In this document: positions 57,523-64,000 of the stretch, piece by piece
Numbering within the stretch: position 1 is the first letter of the stretch
Layout of the letters: the number at the start of each line of letters is the position of its first letter
DNA from: an uncultured Bacteroidia bacterium
GTDB taxonomy: Bacteria > CAIWAD01 > BS150m-G50
Direction: 5' to 3'
NCBI GenBank assembly: GCA_964501185.1
Contig: CAZCRT010000002.1
Span: forward strand, 40,080-104,079
DNA: 64,000 bases
Notes under the pieces: model-generated
The model's database searches: none
The model's input: only the letters and a program-made list of their open reading frames with translations
What the model was told of the DNA's origin: nothing
Position numbers and translations under genes: made by a program

Positions 57523-59945
57523 ACCAGAAACTCCACTCGCTTAAGTAATCGTTCATATTGATCGAGGTCACTGCAGGTAACTGCCGCAGCTGTAACATCC
57601 TCAGGTAACAACTGTTGATACTCCTTAAGAGCGAATCGCTCCCCGGCGAGAATCAGCAGGCCGCGGTCAGTTTCCGAGCGGATCAGCCTGCCACCGGATT
57701 GTGCCACGTTATTCATTCCCGGGATACGATATGCATAAGCGAAACCGTCCTCCTCCCTGGAATTGTAATATGCCTGCATCAACTCATTGTCCACAGAAAT
57801 TGCCGGCAATGAGGGACCTACTACCAACACAATCTGCAACAGTTTTCCCGGCAGATCAATTCCTTCAGCGAATGAGCCTCCACTTACAGCCAGTAGAAGA
57901 CCCGGTATATCCTGCGCCAGAGAGGTGAGTAGAGCGTCCCGGTGGCTGTTGTTTTGCGTCCTCTCCTGTATCAGCAATGGCAGCTCAGCGGGAAGCAGAC
58001 GTCGCACCTGCTCCAGATAAGTAAAAGAGGGAAAGAATACCGCCATATTTACACGGCTCTTCTGAAAAGTGGTTGTGACTAACTCTGCCAGCAATGGCAT
58101 TGATCCGGGACGTTGACGCAATCTGGTTCCGATACCTGTATGAATGATTACCTGACGATTCTCGGTCGGAAATATCGAAGGTAGCTGCAACATCGGTGTT
58201 TCCTCAGAAAGACCGGCGAGTTCCAGAAAAGCGTCAGCAGGGGGTAATGTGGCAGAGAAAAAGACAGCGGATGGAAACTCTGCCAACTGGTCACGCACCG
58301 AACCCGGAACTGCAAGGCAGAGTACCCTGAGTAGAGTATCGTTCGACTGTCTCTGAACAAACTGCTCGAAGTTTTCACCCTGAAACCGGGTGAGGTAGAT
58401 GAAGTATTGAAGATCGTAGTACATATTTGCGACAGAGTCTTTCTCCAGCAGATTTCCGCGCAACTTGTGGTGGAGCAACCAGGACATGAACGCCTGAGCC
58501 AGCTCCAGGGCCAACTCCTCCCACTCGTCAGATTGAAATGTGGCTGAATTGCTCTGTTGCCAGCTCCAGCGGTCAGTCCGGAAGTAATCATGTAAGCTGC
58601 ATGTGTCACGGAATCTCTGGAAGCATTGTCGCAGTGCTGCCGTTGGTGATTCGTTACCGAAGAGCGTCGGTCTGGAGCTTTCACGCTTTTCACGCTCGCT
58701 GCAGAGAGCTATTACATTATCAAGTTCATTCATTGACAGGTCACTGGAGAACCATGAACGTGCCCTTGCAGGGAAATGATGTGCCTCGTCTACCAGCAGA
58801 AAGAATTCTTCCGCCTTACCGGTGCGGAAGAGACGCCGGATCTGGCTGGAAGGTGAGAATACATGGTTGTAGTCACCGATCACAACATCGCGTAGCTCGC
58901 TGAGTGTGAGTGCAAGCTCGTGGGGGCAGATACGGAATTGTTCTGCTGTCATCAGTAACTCCTGTTCACCGACAACAGCGGTTTGCTGCAGATGTGCTGT
59001 AGCACGCTGCAGTGTTGCCTGGAAGTCCTGCAGGAATGGGCAGTAGTCCTTATCGCAGATATAGCGCTCGGCCGGACAGATCTTCTCACGTGCAGGCATC
59101 CGTACACAGCTGACTGACTGGGAACCGTAACTCTTCTCGTTGCTGTTTATCAGTCGCACCAGCTCCAGGAAACTCTGCTGGCCACTGTTCTTGGGTGTAA
59201 TCACAAAAACACGTTTATCTGTCAGCAGGGCCTGTTGCAGGGCAGGAATCAGAGTGCCAACGGTTTTACCGATACCGGTAGGTGCCTGAACGACCAGATG
59301 ATAGCGCTCGGAAGCAGCCTGTTCGACAGAGTTGATCAAACGCTGCTGATGTTTTCGTATCTGCGAATATGGGAAACTGATCTGCTGCCTGCGTCGAAAC
59401 CGTAATCTCCGGGCGAGTCGCTGCTGATGTTTAACAATGCGCTTCAACTGCCTGAGAAGGCGCTGTTCGATAAGTTCTGGATCGATCAGGTGTTCCTGTA
59501 AACGGTAGCCTTCCCCCTGCGTGGGAAGCATAATCAGATGCCCGGTGATCGATTCCAGTTGATATTCCCGACAGACCAGCCAGCAGTAGTACTCAAGCTG
59601 TTCAAACCAGTCCGGATGTGTCACAGGTGAAAGACCGGTGATACTCTCAAGTGGTAAAAGTGTGGATTTGAGTTCCTCTACTACAGGTTCTGGCTCAAGC
59701 TGCAGACCGTCAAGTCGTCCCTGAAGCGTTATACTGACACCCTCGACCATAAGATTACATTTGAGGGAGAGTTCGCTCCGGTAATCGGAGTTCTGCTGAC
59801 GACGACGCTGTTGCCAGTTCTGATGCAGGGTGGTACCGAGTTGTGCACGCCCCGGCAGGTATACACCCGGGCCGCTTTCATCACTTTGCAGCAGATCTCG
59901 AACTGCCAGTGTTAATGTCTGCCTGTCGTCGTCGTATCGGATCAC
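57519..59945 (-). CDS. RecB-family PD-(D/E)xK nuclease domain fused to XPD/DinG-type (Rad3-like) Fe-S DNA helicase
   Basis: N-terminal ~150 aa carry GRLDG (motif II), VVEELK (E-x-K) and QLEYY (QxxxY). The helicase has VVQAPTGIGKT Walker A, four Cys (CVRMP...CPAERYICDKDYCPF...ICPHE) between Walker A and LLVDEAHHF (DEAH), and a C-terminal GGSFAEGIDLPG region. GTG start 6 nt after the upstream stop. Confidence 0.8.
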   Translation of the reverse strand: MIRYDDDRQTLTLAVRDLLQSDESGPGVYLPGRAQLGTTLHQNWQQRRRQQNSDYRSELSLKCNLMVEGVSITLQGRLDGLQLEPEPVVEELKSTLLPLESITGLSPVTHPDWFEQLEYYCWLVCREYQLESITGHLIMLPTQGEGYRLQEHLIDPELIEQRLLRQLKRIVKHQQRLARRLRFRRRQQISFPYSQIRKHQQRLINSVEQAASERYHLVVQAPTGIGKTVGTLIPALQQALLTDKRVFVITPKNSGQQSFLELVRLINSNEKSYGSQSVSCVRMPAREKICPAERYICDKDYCPFLQDFQATLQRATAHLQQTAVVGEQELLMTAEQFRICPHELALTLSELRDVVIGDYNHVFSPSSQIRRLFRTGKAEEFFLLVDEAHHFPARARSWFSSDLSMNELDNVIALCSEREKRESSRPTLFGNESPTAALRQCFQRFRDTCSLHDYFRTDRWSWQQSNSATFQSDEWEELALELAQAFMSWLLHHKLRGNLLEKDSVANMYYDLQYFIYLTRFQGENFEQFVQRQSNDTLLRVLCLAVPGSVRDQLAEFPSAVFFSATLPPADAFLELAGLSEETPMLQLPSIFPTENRQVIIHTGIGTRLRQRPGSMPLLAELVTTTFQKSRVNMAVFFPSFTYLEQVRRLLPAELPLLIQERTQNNSHRDALLTSLAQDIPGLLLAVSGGSFAEGIDLPGKLLQIVLVVGPSLPAISVDNELMQAYYNSREEDGFAYAYRIPGMNNVAQSGGRLIRSETDRGLLILAGERFALKEYQQLLPEDVTAAAVTCSDLDQYERLLKRVEFLV

Positions 59946-59951
59946 TGTGTA

Positions 59952-61214
59952 TCAGGTTTTCTGTTTTTGCTTACGCGCCGCGGGGAAGAGAACATTATTG
60001 AGTATCAGTCTGAAACCGGGGGAGCGGGGGTGCAGATTGAGATCAGTAGGGGGATCACCAACCCTGTGCTGATAATCCTCCGGGTCATGTCCACCAAAGA
60101 AGGAAAACATTCCCTTACCGAAGTTTCCATGCAGATACTTGACCTCATCCCGCCCCGGTGTTTCACCCATAATTATGAGATGAGATTTCAGATTGTCACG
60201 GTGATAACCGGTAGTCTGCCCCATAAAGCCCTTGATCACACTTACATGGTTTTGCGTCAGCATGGTGGGTACCGGATCCCACTTTGCTGAAAACTCGAAC
60301 AGCTTGAAGTAATCACTCTCTTTATCACGGGGCGGACCACCACGGGGTGGGGTGGTATCAATGTTACTGTACTCGTATATCAGCGGGCTGGTATAGAGTT
60401 TAAATCCGGTGAAGGCCAGTGTCTGGGTATAATCCAGTTGCTGTTGACAGTCAGCGGCCGGGGGGTCACCATCAAATACAGTGTCACAGATATCAGTTCC
60501 AGCTGCTGCCAGAGCGATGTCAAAGGAATCGGTGGCACTGCACATGGCAAAGAGAAAACCACCCTCTGCGACATAGTTACGTATCTGAAGTGCCACAGCC
60601 AGTTTCTCACGGCTGACTTTACTGAAGCCAAGCTGTCGGGCTACCTCTTCAAATTCCTGCTGCTGCTGTATGTACCAGGGTGCTGAACGATAAGAGGCGT
60701 AGAATTTTCCGTACTGACCGGTGAAATCTTCATGATGGAGGTGCAGCCAGTCATACTCGGAGAGTTCCCCGGCAATGACTTCATGATCCCAGATGGTTGA
60801 GTACTCTATCTCAGCATAACTGAGCGCCATCGATACCGCATCATCCCAGGGCTGCGTACCTGGTGGCATATAGACTGCAATCTTCGGGGCCATCTCCAAC
60901 CGGATACGGTCCATGTTTTCCTGTTCAATCCGGTCGTAGATCGCCAGTACTTCACTGCTGCCGACCTGTTGAAAGCTCACATTCCTTAAGCGGCATTCTC
61001 TCTCAAGGGCTGAAAAATCATCGATCAGAAACGATCCACCCCGATAGTTAAGCAGCCATTCAACAGTGATGTCATGCCGCAGCACCCACCAGGCTATGCC
61101 ATAAGCCTTCAGATGATTTGTCTGATTCTGATCCATCGGAATGAGCACTTTTCCCGCAGCAGACAGTGGCAGCAGGATGATCAGCAGTAATAGTGAAAGC
61201 CAGTAGCGTATCAT
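59952..61214 (-). CDS. secreted protein, possibly class-I glutamine-amidotransferase-like/ThuA-like fold (hypothetical)
   Basis: Signal peptide MIRYWLSLLLLIILLPLSAAG. Internal EGGFLFAMCSAT resembles a GATase1/DJ-1 nucleophile-elbow. Otherwise no recognisable motif. Confidence 0.3.
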   Translation of the reverse strand: MIRYWLSLLLLIILLPLSAAGKVLIPMDQNQTNHLKAYGIAWWVLRHDITVEWLLNYRGGSFLIDDFSALERECRLRNVSFQQVGSSEVLAIYDRIEQENMDRIRLEMAPKIAVYMPPGTQPWDDAVSMALSYAEIEYSTIWDHEVIAGELSEYDWLHLHHEDFTGQYGKFYASYRSAPWYIQQQQEFEEVARQLGFSKVSREKLAVALQIRNYVAEGGFLFAMCSATDSFDIALAAAGTDICDTVFDGDPPAADCQQQLDYTQTLAFTGFKLYTSPLIYEYSNIDTTPPRGGPPRDKESDYFKLFEFSAKWDPVPTMLTQNHVSVIKGFMGQTTGYHRDNLKSHLIIMGETPGRDEVKYLHGNFGKGMFSFFGGHDPEDYQHRVGDPPTDLNLHPRSPGFRLILNNVLFPAARKQKQKT

Positions 61215-63037
61215 TAATCCAAATCCCTTTCCACATTCACGGTTTCTTTGGCACGTACCCGGGCGCGAACCTCATCAATCCTTGGGGAACGTGGGTAGTC
61301 GAGTAGAAACTGCTCCCAACCGGCAGTAGCTATCACATCGTTTTGCGGTTTCCGGTCAAGCAACAGATCGCGGCAGTATGAGATCTCATCCAGTTGCGCC
61401 AGGTCTGGCAGGCGCAGGGCAATATCGCTCAGCAGATCTGCAAGATAGTCTGAATCTGAATTACTCTGAACCATGCCTGTCTCTGTCAGGAGGTAGGTGG
61501 CGTGCAGCAGGAGCTCACCACTATCAGAGTTCTCGAGCAGTTGTAGCAGCATCCGGGCGGCAGCTTCCTGTTTTCCCTGCAGCAGGAGCAGTTCAGCCTC
61601 TGCCAGATGCTTCAGATCGGTTGTATCCTTTGCGCTGCTCAGCAGGCGGATCTTTTTTAATATATCATTATAGATACTGCTGCTGAAATCATGCTCCACC
61701 AGAGAATCCAGCATGGCGCGGCAACCGGCAAAATCCATTGAGAAGTAACGAATGGTAACCTGTTGAAAATCCAGCTGTCGCTTTATCTTCCGATCAAAAC
61801 GAAAATGATCAATTGCCTGGATATTCAGATCCCGTGCAGCGTCGAACTGGTTAAGTATCAAATGTGTCTTCACCCGTTTCTGGTATGCTGTTGCCAGCCA
61901 GGTTCCGGGTCCATCAACCTTTTCATACCACACCAGAGCACTCCCGGGATCTGCTATATCGTAGAGTTGAATATCACCAATAGTTATCACCAGGCGACTG
62001 AGCTGATTGCGGTCTGTCGTTATCTGCAGCAGTGCGCTTAAGGTTTCAATAGCCTGTTGAGGTTGATTTGTTTCACGTTGACATGAAGCAACCAGAATTG
62101 ATCTGTCCATAGCACGGTCGTGTTGCAGGTGGAGTTCCTCATGTTTAAGCAGCAGTGTAAGTGCCAGCTGCCATGATTCCTCTTTTACCAGGAGTTCACT
62201 CAATCGCAGTAGAGCTCTGCCCCTGTCGTTATTCAGGTGATCCAGACGCAGATAGAAAGGAACAGCTTCTTCATATTGCTGCTGTCTTACTAACCATTCA
62301 CCGGTAGTTCTTGTAATCGGCAATGAGTCACTGTGCTTCTCACCCCATTTGAGCGCCTCCTGTAGAAGGGGCCCTGTCAACGGAAGTCTCAGTATACGCG
62401 CCCGCAGATTGCTCTCAGGTACACTCTGTACTCCAAAGCCGCGTTGATACTCTTCGAATGCAGCCTGCCATTTCTGCTGACGCATGTAGCTGTCCCCTGC
62501 CTCAAGTATCCACAGATCGTTATTATGGCGTTGATGACGTTCTTCAGTAATGATAGTGAGCAACCGCTCTTCCTGCTTCAATCTGGCAAGACTATTCAAC
62601 AAAGGTGTGAGGAGATGGCTGTTTTCGCCAGTCAGCTGTCGTGCTCTCTGTTGAAAGAAGTCTGCCTGGACACCATCTCCCGACCTGTGGCTGATTTCAC
62701 TCAACAGCGCGAGGACTTCAATGCGGGAGCCCAGATTAGCATCTGTCTGCGGTAACCGGTCCCGATACGCGCGTGCGAGTCTGCCAGCCTTTTCATAATC
62801 CCCCAGTTGCAGGAGTAGCTGGGTATGCATACGGATATAGAGCAGTTTGTCAGGTCGGGCAGTTGTCAGTTGCTCAAACAGCCTGCAGGCATACTCCAGT
62901 TGACGTGGTTGACGGGCATATTGCGAAGCACGCGAGAAAAGCTTTTTTTCCTCAGCTTGTGTCAGTTCATTTGCCAGGCCTTCAGGCGTGATATGGAACT
63001 GCAGAAGAGTAAGCAGTAGCAGCAGGAAAATCCTCAT
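61214..63037 (-). CDS. TPR-repeat periplasmic protein
   Basis: Signal peptide MRIFLLLLLTLLQF followed by about 600 aa of TPR-like helical hairpins. 1-nt overlap with the downstream gene. Confidence 0.6.
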   Translation of the reverse strand: MRIFLLLLLTLLQFHITPEGLANELTQAEEKKLFSRASQYARQPRQLEYACRLFEQLTTARPDKLLYIRMHTQLLLQLGDYEKAGRLARAYRDRLPQTDANLGSRIEVLALLSEISHRSGDGVQADFFQQRARQLTGENSHLLTPLLNSLARLKQEERLLTIITEERHQRHNNDLWILEAGDSYMRQQKWQAAFEEYQRGFGVQSVPESNLRARILRLPLTGPLLQEALKWGEKHSDSLPITRTTGEWLVRQQQYEEAVPFYLRLDHLNNDRGRALLRLSELLVKEESWQLALTLLLKHEELHLQHDRAMDRSILVASCQRETNQPQQAIETLSALLQITTDRNQLSRLVITIGDIQLYDIADPGSALVWYEKVDGPGTWLATAYQKRVKTHLILNQFDAARDLNIQAIDHFRFDRKIKRQLDFQQVTIRYFSMDFAGCRAMLDSLVEHDFSSSIYNDILKKIRLLSSAKDTTDLKHLAEAELLLLQGKQEAAARMLLQLLENSDSGELLLHATYLLTETGMVQSNSDSDYLADLLSDIALRLPDLAQLDEISYCRDLLLDRKPQNDVIATAGWEQFLLDYPRSPRIDEVRARVRAKETVNVERDLD

Positions 63038-63471
63038 TCACCGGTTTCCATGTTTATTCCCACAAAAGTTAACAAGCTGTTGCGGAGTCCTTCGAACTTA
63101 TGAAATTACACGAGAGTCATGAACGAAGTTGTTCATTATTAGCACAAGATATCAGATTTGACAGGAAACCCAATTCATCTTTTCCCAAAAATGTATTATG
63201 ACACAGGTGTTAGAATAGTGAACATAATCAATTTGAGCTGTTGAGTTCAGAAGTTGTGTAAATTAAAGTGTTTATAGAAGATAGCTCTGATAGAGAGCGA
63301 GAAGTTTATTGGTATAGCTTTTGCAGTTAACAAAAAATGAAAGTGCGGATAGCACAAAAACAGTGTTTGACAGGTTTCTGCAGTCATTTAATGACAAATT
63401 CGCAGTAATATTTGTGAAATATTCCAGACTGTTTACATTAGAGTAATTCAGAAGTATCTCTTAACCGTTAA

Positions 63472-63810
63472 ATGATAATGACTGAAAACAGCAGGACACA
63501 GGATCGACTGGCGCAAAGTGGTGATCTGGTAAAGTATCAAACCTATGCAAATGCACTGGTTAAGCTTAATAATGCCACCAATACTCTGCTACGCAGTGGT
63601 GCCAGCGAGGAAGCAATCAAGTACATCCTCCAGGGCACCAACATTCTGTTTGAAGAGCTGGCTCAGCTGTTACAGAAAATTGACAACCAATCATTTTTCT
63701 CTGATCTGATTGAAGAAATGAATATCGAAGAAAACAAAACCGGTGACCAGAAAAAGAAGCCTGCATCATCATCTTCCGCATCAGAGGAGAACGGTGAACG
63801 GGTCCGCTGA
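63472..63810 (+). CDS. small acidic hypothetical protein (112 aa)
   Basis: ORF with a Ser/acidic C-terminal tail, divergent from the TPR operon. No motif recognised. Confidence 0.25.
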   Translation: MIMTENSRTQDRLAQSGDLVKYQTYANALVKLNNATNTLLRSGASEEAIKYILQGTNILFEELAQLLQKIDNQSFFSDLIEEMNIEENKTGDQKKKPASSSSASEENGERVR

Positions 63811-64000
63811 AATTCCTGTTTCCTCCCTGTAACTCCTTACAATATCCCACTTAAACAGGTTTGACAAAAGACGATTTACTCTGCACAACTGGTGTTATCT
63901 GTTGTTAAAGGTATGAACCGGATACAGGCAGTTCAGGCAGAGTACTACAGCTTGACAACTTCCCCTTTATCAGGAAGTACAACTGTCAGATCACGGAATT

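Overview
This is a 64-kb chromosomal window that reads as a gene-dense, mostly housekeeping region from a diderm bacterium. My eye estimate of GC is about 52 percent. Strong AAGGAGG-type Shine-Dalgarno sites and frequent GTG/TTG starts are used, and 4-10 nt start/stop overlaps point to many operons. The flagellin is short and FlaB-like, and RNase Y, SpoIID, PspC and many TPR proteins are present. That is consistent with Spirochaetota or a related lineage, but it is not diagnostic.

Recognisable content, in order along the window:
- comEC 3' end, then a shikimate block aroA-aroC-aroK-aroB. aroE-aroQ sit about 28 kb away.
- A TPR-fused sigma54 activator, operonic with a secreted beta-helix protein.
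- A TonB-dependent receptor.
- A DUF2089/SHOCT-like two-gene module with a perfect palindromic operator.
- RtcB-archease.
- An M20 peptidase and a SpoIID/LytB protein.
- prfB with the canonical programmed +1 frameshift. The ORF track only shows the downstream frame.
- nrnA, a large B12/radical-SAM-DUF2344 fusion, dxs, ispH, pepA, a PHP phosphoesterase, rny, coaX, an amidase, greA and pspC.
- A polysaccharide-modification block between aroQ and folD-cdsA.
- An isolated flagellin gene with a sigma28-type promoter and a hairpin terminator.
- tex, followed by a lipoprotein, a GT2, two GT4 glycosyltransferases and an M23 peptidase.
- gap-pgk with a clean intrinsic terminator.

I did not see tRNA, rRNA, CRISPR, IS or integrase signatures.

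The most system-like unexplained locus is a tightly coupled minus-strand array at 55685..63037. It runs TPR periplasmic protein, secreted GATase1-like protein, RecB-type nuclease fused to an XPD/DinG-type FeS helicase, a PfkB kinase, and a COG0731/TYW1-like radical SAM enzyme. The last three genes overlap by 4 and 10 nt. I flag this as the best candidate for an undescribed nucleic-acid modification, repair or defence module. I cannot confirm novelty without database searches.

Coordinates of non-ORF features were counted by hand and may be off by 1-2 nt.
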